Positions 20,553-30,247 of a DNA stretch of 64,000 nt are shown piece after piece (the stretch's first letter is position 1; each line of letters begins with the position of its first letter). The notes beneath the pieces were generated by a model that searched no databases, was not told the origin of the DNA, and saw nothing but the letters and a program-made list of their open reading frames with translations. The DNA is from an uncultured Alphaproteobacteria bacterium. GTDB lineage: Bacteria; Pseudomonadota; Alphaproteobacteria; Rhizobiales; Beijerinckiaceae. The stretch is taken from assembly GCA_963770275.1 (NCBI GenBank), contig CAVYPD010000025.1:24452-88451 (forward strand), given 5' to 3'. The position numbers were made by a program, and so were the translations under genes.

Positions 20553-21521
20553 ATGTGCGTCGCCTGCTACGTGGATGAAGCCGCCAAAGACAAGATCATC
20601 GCCTATAGCGCGAAATTCCATGAGGTGACGCAGAGCCCCTACGGCAGCGACGACGAGATCGGCATGCTCCATCTCATCGACGGCGCCTCTCGCTCGGCCA
20701 TTCTGAGCCGGGCGGACGCCTCGAAGATGTTCGACCTGTCGGTTGATAATTTCGTAGGTATGCCAGGGTGGTTCGGGGCCGGCGACCAGCCCTACCAGAT
20801 CTGGATGACTCATACTCCGCGCGGCGAGATCGCGGCGAATTCCATGGGCGTGAGCCTCGAGGCCAACCAGCTCGTCGCCTATTCGGGCGACGGCATCTCG
20901 ATGTACACCCATTGCGGCACGCACATCGATACATTCAACCACTTCGGCTACAACGGAAAGATCTTCAACGGCTTCTCGGTTGACGAATATCTTGGCAGTC
21001 GCGCCTGGACCAAATGCGGCGCCGAGAAACATCCACCGATCCTGGCTCGAGGCGTTCTGCTCGACATCGCCGCCATGCACGGCGTCGACAGGCTGCCGCC
21101 CAGCCACCCCATCGGCAAGGCGGATCTCGAAGCCTGCCTGAAACACCAGGGCACGGAGCTACATGTCGGCGACGTCGTGCTGATCCGCACCGGGCAAATG
21201 AATCTCTGGCCTGACATTGGCTTTGTGCGAGATACCCCCGGCCTCAACCGTGAGGGCGCCGAATATCTCACCAAGCATGGCGCCATCATGATCGGGGCCG
21301 ACAACCTCACCCTTGAGCAGACGCCAGCGGCCCCTGGGCTCAATTTCTTCCCGGTGCATACATACTTGCTCGCCGAAGCTGGAGTGCCTCTCCTTGAGAT
21401 GGCCCAACTCGACGAGTTGGCGGCTGACAAGCTCTACGAATTCGCCTTCTTCGGCGCCTGCATCAAGCTGCGGGGCGCCACCGGCGCGCCGATGCGACCG
21501 GTGGCCATGCCGCTGCGCTGA
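20553..21521 (+). CDS. Cyclase family (kynurenine formamidase/isatin hydrolase-like) metallohydrolase
   Basis: HCGTHIDTFNH matches HxGTHxDxxxH; GDVVLIRTG, GADN, C-terminal GATGAPMRP. Confidence 0.88.
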   Translation: MCVACYVDEAAKDKIIAYSAKFHEVTQSPYGSDDEIGMLHLIDGASRSAILSRADASKMFDLSVDNFVGMPGWFGAGDQPYQIWMTHTPRGEIAANSMGVSLEANQLVAYSGDGISMYTHCGTHIDTFNHFGYNGKIFNGFSVDEYLGSRAWTKCGAEKHPPILARGVLLDIAAMHGVDRLPPSHPIGKADLEACLKHQGTELHVGDVVLIRTGQMNLWPDIGFVRDTPGLNREGAEYLTKHGAIMIGADNLTLEQTPAAPGLNFFPVHTYLLAEAGVPLLEMAQLDELAADKLYEFAFFGACIKLRGATGAPMRPVAMPLR

Positions 21522-21547
21522 ACTCGTTTCCTCGTCGGAGAGCGATT

Positions 21548-23572
21548 TTGCCCAACCTGCGCGTGGCCGTCGACATTGGCGGCACTTTTACGGACCTCTG
21601 CATCCTGGATCAGGACACGGGCGTCATTCGGATCGCCAAGACCAGCTCGACCCCAGATCCGATCGACGGCGTGATGAAGGCGCTCGACGCCGGTGGCGTG
21701 GACCTCTCCGACGTCGTCCTGTTCTCCCACGGCACCACGGTGGCGACGAATGCTCTGATAACCCGACGCCTGCCCCGGACTGCGATGGTGTGCACGCACG
21801 GCTTCCGTGACGTGATCGAAATTCGCCGCGCCAACAAGGATGACATCTGGGACATCTACAAGGATGTTGCGCCGCCGTATGTGCCGCGTCGTGACCGCCT
21901 CACGGTTGCGGAGCGCGTCGACGCCGCGGGCAAGGTGGTCACGCCGCTCGACGAGAAAGGCGCGCGCGAGGTCGCGCGAATCCTCAAGAAACGCGCCGTC
22001 GCGGCCGTGGCGGTCTGCTTCATGAACGCCTATGCCAACGGGGTCAACGAGCAGCGAATGAAGGCGATACTCGCCGAGGCGCTGCCCGGCGTCCCGGTGT
22101 CGATTTCCTCGGAGATCCTACCCGAGATCTTCGAGCACGAACGCTTCTCCACTACAGTGGTGAACGCCGCTCTCAGCCCGGTCGTGGTCGATTACACGAC
22201 AAGGCTCGGCGCTCGGCTGGCGGGAGCCGGCTACAAAAGCGACCTTCTGTTGCTGCACACGGGCGGCGGCGTGATGACGCCGCGTGGCGTCAAGGAATTC
22301 GCGGGCCGCCTCGCTGGCTCCGGCATAGCCGCAGGCGCCATCGCAAGCCGCCACATCGCGGCGCAATGCGGCTTTCCGAACTCGATCGGCCTCGACATGG
22401 GCGGCACGAGCTGCGACGTGTCGCTCGCCTACGAGGGCCAATCGCGCGTCACCAAGGACTGGTTTGTCGAGTTCGGCTACCCGATCCGATTCCCTTCGAT
22501 TGAGGTGCTGACGATCGGGGCCGGCGGGGGCTCCCTGGCCTGGATCGACGAGGCGGGCGGCTTGCGCAACGGCCCACAATCGGCCGGCGCGAATCCCGGC
22601 CCGGCCTGCTACGGCAACGGCAATACGGTGCCCACCAATACGGACGCCAACGTGGCCCTGGGCCGGCTCGGCGCGAAGCTCGCCGGAGGCATCCACCTCA
22701 ACGCCGAAAAGGCGCGCGAAGCGGTGCGAACAGGCGTCGCCGAGCCCTTCAAGCTCGGCCTTGAAGAGGCCGCGGACGCCATCATCCGCGTGGCGAACGC
22801 CAACATGGCGAACGCGGTGCGGCTAATCTCCATTAGCCGCGGCTATGATCCGCGTGACTTCGCTCTCGTCGCCTTTGGAGGCGCGGGCGCGCTACACGGC
22901 GCCGACATCGCCAGGGAACTATCGATCCCCGCCGTGATCGTGCCGCCCCATCCGGGCATCACTTCAGCCATGGGCTGCCTGCTGGTTGACGTCCAGCATG
23001 ACCTCGCGACGAGCTATTTGAAGTCGGCCGCGGAAGCGGATCCAGCCGCCATCGAGGCCGCCTTCAAGGCGCTGGAGCATGAGGCCGCCGAGCGCCTCGC
23101 CCACGAAGGTGTGGCGCCAGAGGACGTGGTGATGCAGCGCACCGTCGACATGATGTACCAGGGGCAATGGCGCTCGCTTGCTGTTCCCGCCCTTTCGCCG
23201 ATCGCCGACCTCGCGCCTCTCGTCGAAGCCTTCCACGAGCATCACGAGCGCGAATATAATTTCCGCCGGGACGACACGCCGGTGGGCCTGTTCCGCCTCA
23301 ACCTCAAGGCCGTTGGAATCGTGCCGAAGGCCGAACTCGCGAAAACTGCGCCCTCTGGCGTGCCGGCTGCGCCGCGGTCCCATCGCCGCGTCTGGTTCGC
23401 TGAGACCGGCGGGGCCGAAACCCCTGTCTATTGGCGACCAGATCTGGCGGCAGGCGCCACCTTCAAGGGACCGGCCGTTGTTGAACAAGTCGATTCCACC
23501 ACCGTCGTGCCCCCTGGCTTCACGGCCAAGATCGACGGCTGGCTCAACATCATCCTTCGTCTGGACGCCTGA
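21548..23572 (+). CDS. Hydantoinase/oxoprolinase subunit A, copy 2
   Basis: VDIGGTFTD, HGTTVATNAL, DMGGTSCD, IGAGGGSL, FGGAGALH. Confidence 0.93.
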   Translation: MPNLRVAVDIGGTFTDLCILDQDTGVIRIAKTSSTPDPIDGVMKALDAGGVDLSDVVLFSHGTTVATNALITRRLPRTAMVCTHGFRDVIEIRRANKDDIWDIYKDVAPPYVPRRDRLTVAERVDAAGKVVTPLDEKGAREVARILKKRAVAAVAVCFMNAYANGVNEQRMKAILAEALPGVPVSISSEILPEIFEHERFSTTVVNAALSPVVVDYTTRLGARLAGAGYKSDLLLLHTGGGVMTPRGVKEFAGRLAGSGIAAGAIASRHIAAQCGFPNSIGLDMGGTSCDVSLAYEGQSRVTKDWFVEFGYPIRFPSIEVLTIGAGGGSLAWIDEAGGLRNGPQSAGANPGPACYGNGNTVPTNTDANVALGRLGAKLAGGIHLNAEKAREAVRTGVAEPFKLGLEEAADAIIRVANANMANAVRLISISRGYDPRDFALVAFGGAGALHGADIARELSIPAVIVPPHPGITSAMGCLLVDVQHDLATSYLKSAAEADPAAIEAAFKALEHEAAERLAHEGVAPEDVVMQRTVDMMYQGQWRSLAVPALSPIADLAPLVEAFHEHHEREYNFRRDDTPVGLFRLNLKAVGIVPKAELAKTAPSGVPAAPRSHRRVWFAETGGAETPVYWRPDLAAGATFKGPAVVEQVDSTTVVPPGFTAKIDGWLNIILRLDA

Positions 23573-23574
23573 TC

Positions 23575-25531
23575 ATGACCAAGACCCCGACCCTCGATCC
23601 CGTCACCTTCGAGGTTCTGAAGAATTCCTTCATAACGGCGGTGGATCAGATGGCCGAGCAGATCCTCAGGACCTGCTATTCCTTCGTCATCTACAACCGC
23701 GACTTCTCCAACGCGCTCCACGACGCCAACGGCGACAGCGTGGCTCAGGGCAACGGCGATATCTCGGTCCACGTCGGCACGCTGCACTACACATGCAAGG
23801 CGGTGATCGCGTTCTTCAAAGGGGACATGCACCCTGGCGACGTCTACATGATCAACGATCCCTATGCCGGCGGCACACATTTCAGCGACGTCCGGCTCGT
23901 CCGGCCCATTTTCGTCGGCGACGAGGTGATCGGCTACGCGCAGTCGAACGGCCATTGGTCGGACATGGGCGGTTCGGTGCCAGGCTCCTTCGACGTCATG
24001 GCGAAGGACATGTTCCGCGAGGGCCTGCGCATCACCCCCGTGCGCATCTTCGACCGCGGTCGCTTCTGCCGCGATGTGGCCCATATGATCGCCAGCAACA
24101 CCCGCGACCCCGCCTCCCTCATCGGCGACATGCACGCCCAGGCCGAGGCTACCAATGTTGCGGCGCGCGAGGTGCTGCGGCTGGTCAATAAATACGGCAA
24201 GGATGTTGTAGTGGCCGGCATGGCGGCGGTGCAGGATTATGTCGAGCGCACCGTGCGCCAACGCCTAGCGGCTCTACCGGACGGCTCGTGGGAGACGGTG
24301 GACTATATCGACCGCGATGTATCGGGCGGCGAGGGTATGATCCCAATCCGCGTCAAGACCACGATCGCGGGCGACAAGGTCATCTACGACTTCACCGGCA
24401 GTCATCCGACCATCGGCTCCATTTACAATTCGGCCTTCGGGGCCACCTTCTCGGCCTGCGTCGCAGGTATGAAGACCTTCTTCCCCGACCTTCCTCTGAA
24501 TTCAGGCCTCTACCGTGTCATCGAAGTGGTGGCGCCGCCCGACACTGTGGTCAGCGCGAAATGGCCAGTGGCCGTGACCGGCTTCCTGATGCCCTTCGAG
24601 AAGATCATGAATTCGATCTACGAGATCTGGTCTGGCATCATGCCGCACCGGGCGATCTCCTGCACTTTCAACATTGAGTATCTGCTCACCGGCGGCAATG
24701 ACGCGCGCAGGCCCGAAAAACCGATCTTCATGTTCTACGATTGGTTGCCAGGCGGTTGGGGCGGCCGCAATGGTAAGGACGGCGCCAATGTGACCCAGGC
24801 TTCCTTCGGCACCGGCATGCTCTCGCAGCCCGTCGAAGGTCAGGAGCGAGGCGCGCCGATCCTCACGACCGAATTCGAGGCCGTGACGGATTCTGGCGGT
24901 CCCGGTAAGTGGCGCGGCGGGGTTGGCGCCCGCAAAGCATCCATCTTGCTCGCGGGTGAGAACACCGTTCTTTCCTACATCTGCGACCGCGAGCGCGCCG
25001 TGGTTTGGGGGACCAACGGTGGCCTGCCCTCCATGCCGCATGGCCTGCACTTGCGTCGCGCCGGGGCCAATCACGACACGTGGCTCGGCTCCGTCTTCTC
25101 AGACGTGCCGCTGCAACCCGGCGACCTGTTCAGCCGCCCCACGGCGGGCGGCGGCGGCTACGGCGATCCACTGTTGCGCGATCCGGAGAAAGTGAAGGAG
25201 GATGTCGCGGACGATTACGTTTCGATCGAGCGAGCCGCCATGGACTACGGCGTCGATCCTCAAGGTGATCGACAAGGATCTTTGCGCTTACGAGGTTGAT
25301 CGGGACGCGACGGAGCGCGAGCGCGCTTCCATCCGCGCCCAGCGGCGCGGATGGCAAGAGGAGGAGCCCGAGACGGTGGCGGCCAGATACCGGGCCGGCG
25401 AGATCAACGCGCTCGACGCTGTGCGCCGCTATGCCGTGATCCTCGACTGGGGCAACGGCGAACTGCTGCCGAACTCGACCGCGCAATTTCGCGAACAGTT
25501 CCGAATTCGCTCACTCGAGCACTGGGGTTAA
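23575..25531 (+). CDS. Hydantoinase B/oxoprolinase subunit B, copy 2, with C-terminal extension; indel near 25255
   Basis: DPVTFEV, NDPYAGGTHFSD, GHWSDMGG, AGGGGYGDP; continues DYGV-ILKVIDKDL...EHWG in ORF 25202-25531. Confidence 0.9.
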
Positions 25532-25637
25532 CGCGGCGCGATACGAATCGGGTCCCTTCAGGACTTCGTGCCTATCCCGAAGATCTTCGAGGCACGAAAC
25601 TCTTTGCAGGTAGATCGCACAAAGGCTGGAGGAAGGT

Positions 25638-26642
25638 ATGACTGAGCTGCGCTATTTCGATGTTCCAAACTTCGCTCTTCAGCGAAGCTCCGTTCTTCCG
25701 ACCGCGCGACTTGCGTACCGGACCTTGGGAACGTTAAATCAAGCCAAAGACAACGCAGTTCTAGTTACTACAGGGATTACCCTAAGCGATGATAGTAATG
25801 AGATGTATTTCTGCGGCGAAGATCGTGCTTTGGATCCGAGAAAGTATTTCATAATTCTGACAAATCATCTTGCAAACGGCCGATCGTCTTCTCCGTCGAA
25901 TACGCCCGCGCCCTTTGAGAGGGCTCGCTTCCCGACTGTAACTCACTTTGACAATATTCGACTGCAGCACTCGCTCGTAGCCTCGCTCGGCATCCAGAAA
26001 TTGCGCCTGGTTACCGGCTGGTCGCTGGGAGCGGCCCAGGTCTTTCAGTGGGCGGCGCAGTACCCCGATGCGGTGGCGGCTGCTGCGCCCATCGCGGGAT
26101 CTGCTCGCTGTGGCATCTACAATGCGGTCTTCGTGCATGCGCTGAAAAGCGCGCTTCGCCTCGACCCTGCTTTTCAAAACGGTTACTATACGCATGCCCC
26201 CATTGAAGGTCTTAGAACCTTTGGTGAGATTTACGCCGGGTGGGCTTGGTCCGAGCCTTTTTTCCGCGAAAAGACTTACCTTTCGTTTGGGGTAAAAAAC
26301 CACATTCAGTTCATCGACGACATTTTCATACCGTTTTTCCAGCAACACGACGTCAACGACCTCCTTGCGCAAATGGATACGTGGCTGCGCGGAGATATCA
26401 GCGACAATTCGATATATAATGGGGACTTCGATAAGGCGCTCGGCTCTATCAAGGCAAAGATGATCATTCTGCCGGTCGACCATGACCGCTATTTCCCCCC
26501 CGTGGACTCCGAATATGAGGCTTCGCGCATTCCTGACGCGGAATGTCGCGTCATACGCTCAACGTGGGGACACATGGCGCCGGCGAATCCGGCGCACGCG
26601 CCTGCCATCGACGATGCTCTGAAAGAGCTGCTGAAAGGCTAG
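25638..26642 (+). CDS. Alpha/beta hydrolase, homoserine O-acetyltransferase (MetX)-like paralog
   Basis: LAYRTLGTLN..KDNAVL, NGRSSSPSNT, nucleophile GWSLG, DRYFP, WGHMA. Confidence 0.85.
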   Translation: MTELRYFDVPNFALQRSSVLPTARLAYRTLGTLNQAKDNAVLVTTGITLSDDSNEMYFCGEDRALDPRKYFIILTNHLANGRSSSPSNTPAPFERARFPTVTHFDNIRLQHSLVASLGIQKLRLVTGWSLGAAQVFQWAAQYPDAVAAAAPIAGSARCGIYNAVFVHALKSALRLDPAFQNGYYTHAPIEGLRTFGEIYAGWAWSEPFFREKTYLSFGVKNHIQFIDDIFIPFFQQHDVNDLLAQMDTWLRGDISDNSIYNGDFDKALGSIKAKMIILPVDHDRYFPPVDSEYEASRIPDAECRVIRSTWGHMAPANPAHAPAIDDALKELLKG

Positions 26643-26750
26643 TCTAGAAGCAAAATAGACCGCCGGCGATTGTCGGGCGGGCGCCGGACATCCTAAAGCA
26701 GGGTGAGGATCGGGTTCGAAGGCTTGCTTGTCTCGATCCCCAAATGCTGT

Positions 26751-27724
26751 TCAGGAAAGGCTTTCCTTGAGGCGACCTGCCTTGGCTTTCCGGTCGGCGC
26801 GCGCTTTCAAGGCTGTCTCCATATCGACCTTGACGAAGCGCGTCGGCTGGTGCGGTTGCAGCTGGCCGATGAGGTCCATGTCGGCGGAGATGACGGTTCC
26901 GAGCATGAAGTACCCGCCGCCCGACACCGCGTCGCGGTGAAGGACGATCGGCTCCGTGCCTCCGGGCACCTGGATCGATCCGTACGGGTAGCAGCTGTCG
27001 ACGATGTTGGAAGGATCGGAGCCGGCGCCGAATGGCTGCTTCCTCGGCGCGAACGAGAGGGCGCGGCCGCCGCGGAAGCGATATCCTATTCGATCGGCCT
27101 CCGGCGCAACCTTCCAAACATCTTCGAAAAACGTCTTGCCCGCCTCTTCCGTCAGCCGATGCCAGTAAAGACCGGGAAGCACGCGCAACTCGGTCGTGCT
27201 GCTGACCTCGAGGCGCAGTTTCGGCGGCACGCTTCGGCCCGGCTTCGTATCCCGAGATTGGGTCCCCACTTTCACGCGGTCACCGGCTTTAAGGGCGCGG
27301 CCCTCGAAGCCCCCAAGCGCGCCGAGCGGATAGGTGGAGCGTGAGCCAAGCACCACGGGCACGTCGACGCCCCCGGCGACGGCGATGTAGGCGCGCGCCC
27401 CCGATTTGAGGAAGCCGAACGAAAGCGTCTGGCCTGACTTCACCGCGAACGAGGTCCAGCCGGGCTGCTCGACGCCGTCGACTTTAGGCGGCATGTGCGC
27501 GCCGCACACGGCCACGACAGCATCGTGGTCAAAACGGATTTCGGGTCCCAGAAACACCGCCTCGAGCGCCGCCGCGCCTTCGGGGTTGCCGACCAGCAGG
27601 TTCGCCGCGGCGAGGGAAGATTTGTCCATGCGCCCGATTCCGGGATGCCGAGATGGTAGTACCCAGGCCGTCCGAGATCCTGAACGGTGGTGGAAAGACC
27701 AGGCTTCAAGATCTCAAGCGCCAT
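26751..27724 (-). CDS. Carboxyltransferase subunit AHS2 (PxpC/KipA/urea carboxylase CT A-B); indel near 27635
   Basis: MALEILKPGLSTTVQDLGRPG, ANLLVGN, LGSRST, DRIGYRF, DPSNIVDSCYPYGSIQVPGG. Confidence 0.88.
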
Positions 27725-28595
27725 GAAGCGCTCCCAAGATTTTCTTGTTCGTCGCCGCCGGACTTGCGTGAAACTCGTCGAGTGAAAACGACACGGGCCG
27801 CATCGTCGGCTCGAACCGTCCGGCGTTTACGAGTTCAATCGCTGCGTCATAGCCGTCGCGATCCACCGGCTTGAACTTCACGATGTCGCCCGGCTTGAAC
27901 AAGATCATGAAGTCCCTGAGGTACGACACCTCCTGTTTGGGGTCGTAGATGGGCATTGGCGTCACGCCAAAGAGCTGATAGCCGCCGGCCCCGCGAACGG
28001 AATAGATGCACCCGAAACAGCCGCCGTGGCCGACGGTGAGCTTTGGCGTATCGGTCCTTGGCCGCAGGTATTTCGGGACCTCGATCTGCTTCTCCCGCTC
28101 GACCATTTGATACATGAACGGTAGCCCGGCGACGAAGCCGACCATCGAGACGAACCACGGCGCGTCTGAATGCGCCTTGATGAAGTCCGGGACGCTGGCG
28201 TAGCCGTTGACGCGGGCGGCGTATTCGAGGTCGGTCCCGGTCGGCTCTTGGTGGCGCTCGCGAAAGCGCATCAGCGTTTCGTGCGTCCAGGGATCGTTGT
28301 AGTAGACCGGAACCTCGAAGATCCGCGTAGCCAGCGTATGGTCGCCCTTTGTCGCCGTCGATTCAAGACGCTTGAGTTCGGCGAGCATGTCGTTGGGGCC
28401 GATCAGGTCCGGATCGAAGCGGATTTGGTAAGACGCGTTGGCTGGGCAGATTTCCGTGACGCCCTTGATCCGGCTCTCGCGCACCGCGTTTGTCATCGAC
28501 AAGGATTTGAAGAAAGCGTCGAGCGACATTTCTTCATCGACCTCGACGAAAATGTGATCGTCGCCCCCGAACGAATATCTCGGCTCCATTCCCAT
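27714..28595 (-). CDS. Carboxyltransferase subunit AHS1 (PxpB/KipI/urea carboxylase CT C-D)
   Basis: GGDDHIFVE, VPVYYNDPW, GFVAGLP, PKYLRPRTDTP, GAGGYQLFG, PGDIVKF. Confidence 0.88.
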   Translation of the reverse strand: MGMEPRYSFGGDDHIFVEVDEEMSLDAFFKSLSMTNAVRESRIKGVTEICPANASYQIRFDPDLIGPNDMLAELKRLESTATKGDHTLATRIFEVPVYYNDPWTHETLMRFRERHQEPTGTDLEYAARVNGYASVPDFIKAHSDAPWFVSMVGFVAGLPFMYQMVEREKQIEVPKYLRPRTDTPKLTVGHGGCFGCIYSVRGAGGYQLFGVTPMPIYDPKQEVSYLRDFMILFKPGDIVKFKPVDRDGYDAAIELVNAGRFEPTMRPVSFSLDEFHASPAATNKKILGALHGA

Positions 28596-28601
28596 TCTTC
28601 C

Positions 28602-29975
28602 TCAGGCCGCTCGGCCGATCGCCGGTAAATTCGACGGCAGCCAATCCTCTAACCAACGCGTGTGCACGGCGCCGCTTTGAACGTCTTCGCTGTCGAGGAG
28701 CGCAAGATGCAGACCTCGCGTCGTCGCCAGTCCTTCAATGGAGAGGTTCTGCAACGCTATTCGCAGTCGGTGGAGCGCCTCTTTGCGAGTGTCGCCAGCA
28801 ACAATCAGCTTGCCCAAAAGGCTATCGTAAAAGGGCGGCACGACATATCCCTCATACAGCATCGTGTCGAAACGGACGCCGTCGCCCTCGGGCGCCCGAA
28901 AGTTGAGGACGCGGCCGGGCGCTGGCATGAACTCCTTGGCCGGGTCCTCGGCGTTGATGCGAACCTCGATCGCATGGCCGTGAAGGGCGATGTCGGATTG
29001 ACGGTAAGGGAGCGGCTCTCCGCCAGCAATAAGAAGCATGGACTGAACGAGGTCGACGCCGGTGATCATCTCAGTCACGGGGTGTTCGACCTGGATGCGG
29101 GTGTTCATCTCTATGAAATAGAAGTCGCCGGTTGTCTCGTCGTAGAGATATTCGAGCGTGCCGGCGCCCCGATAGCTGACGCTTTTCGCTAGCCGCACGG
29201 CTGAGGCGCATAGCGCTTCGCGCCGCTCTGACGAGAGGCAGCTCGCGGGCGCCTCCTCCCAAACCTTTTGACGGCGGCGCTGCAGCGAGCACTCGCGTTC
29301 GTAGAGATGAATCGCCGACTCTCCATCGCCGAGGACCTGAACCTCGACATGACGGGCGCGCGGAACGAGACGCTCGAGGTAAAGGCCCCCGTCCCCGAAC
29401 GCGGCGCGCGCCTCAGCGCTTGCCTGCGGGATTTGGATCTCGAGCTCCGCGGGGGATTCGGCTATGCGGATTCCGCGGCCGCCACCCCCAGCCGCTGCCT
29501 TGATCATCAGAGGATAGCCTATGGCTCCAGCCGCCTGGCGGGCCGCGCCCGTATCCTCGATGCGTCCCTCGGAGCCCGGCACTGTGGGCACGCCGGCGCG
29601 CGACGCCCTCTCGCGCGCCACCGCCTTGTCGCCCATGGCTCGGATCGTCTCGGGTCTCGGTCCCACGAATACGAGCCCGGCCCTCTCCACCATTGCGGCG
29701 AAGTCCGCGTTCTCCGACAGGAAGCCGTAGCCCGGATGGACGGCGTCGGCGCCGCTCGCAATGGCGGCCGCGACGACGGCCTCTTTGTTGAGGTAAGATT
29801 TTGCCGCATGGGGCGGCCCGATTTCCGCGATCTCGTCCGCCATCCGCGCGGCTAGCATCTCACGGTCGGCGGAGCTGGCTGCTTGGACGGTGCGCATGCC
29901 GAGCGCCTTCGCGGCGCGTATGATGCGAACCGCGATCTCCCCGCGATTGGCGACGAACAGCGTCTTGATTGGCAT
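28602..29975 (-). CDS. Biotin carboxylase (ATP-grasp)
   Basis: ANRGEIA, HPGYGFLSEN, GGGGRG, RECSLQRR, EMNTRIQVEHPVTE, YDSLLGK. Confidence 0.95.
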   Translation of the reverse strand: MPIKTLFVANRGEIAVRIIRAAKALGMRTVQAASSADREMLAARMADEIAEIGPPHAAKSYLNKEAVVAAAIASGADAVHPGYGFLSENADFAAMVERAGLVFVGPRPETIRAMGDKAVARERASRAGVPTVPGSEGRIEDTGAARQAAGAIGYPLMIKAAAGGGGRGIRIAESPAELEIQIPQASAEARAAFGDGGLYLERLVPRARHVEVQVLGDGESAIHLYERECSLQRRRQKVWEEAPASCLSSERREALCASAVRLAKSVSYRGAGTLEYLYDETTGDFYFIEMNTRIQVEHPVTEMITGVDLVQSMLLIAGGEPLPYRQSDIALHGHAIEVRINAEDPAKEFMPAPGRVLNFRAPEGDGVRFDTMLYEGYVVPPFYDSLLGKLIVAGDTRKEALHRLRIALQNLSIEGLATTRGLHLALLDSEDVQSGAVHTRWLEDWLPSNLPAIGRAA

Positions 29976-29981
29976 CAGCGC

Positions 29982-30224
29982 TCAGACGTCGAGGTCGTAG
30001 AGTGGCTGGCCGGCCATCACCGGGTCCTCGTTTTCCACATGGAACGCAAGCAGGCGCCCGGCCGTCTCAGCGACCACAGGCGTGAATGTCTTCATCACCT
30101 CGATGAGCCCCAGAGTGTCGCCAATCGCGACATCATCGCCCTCCCCTTTGAACGGCGGCTGATCGGGCGCCGATTTGCGGAAGAAGGTGCCCGGTATCGG
30201 GGACTCAAACGTCTTGCTCACCAT
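29982..30224 (-). CDS. Stand-alone biotin carboxyl carrier protein (80 aa)
   Basis: SPIPGTFFR..P...PF, biotinylation motif IEVMKTF. Confidence 0.9.
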   Translation of the reverse strand: MVSKTFESPIPGTFFRKSAPDQPPFKGEGDDVAIGDTLGLIEVMKTFTPVVAETAGRLLAFHVENEDPVMAGQPLYDLDV

Positions 30225-30247
30225 TTTGACTTACCCCAGCCGGAACG

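Noticed and set aside
28602-30224. Calling BC/BCCP the housekeeping accC/accB
   Set aside because: The BCCP is a minimal 80-aa domain with EVMK, and the context is LamB/YcsF-AHS1-AHS2, not fatty-acid synthesis
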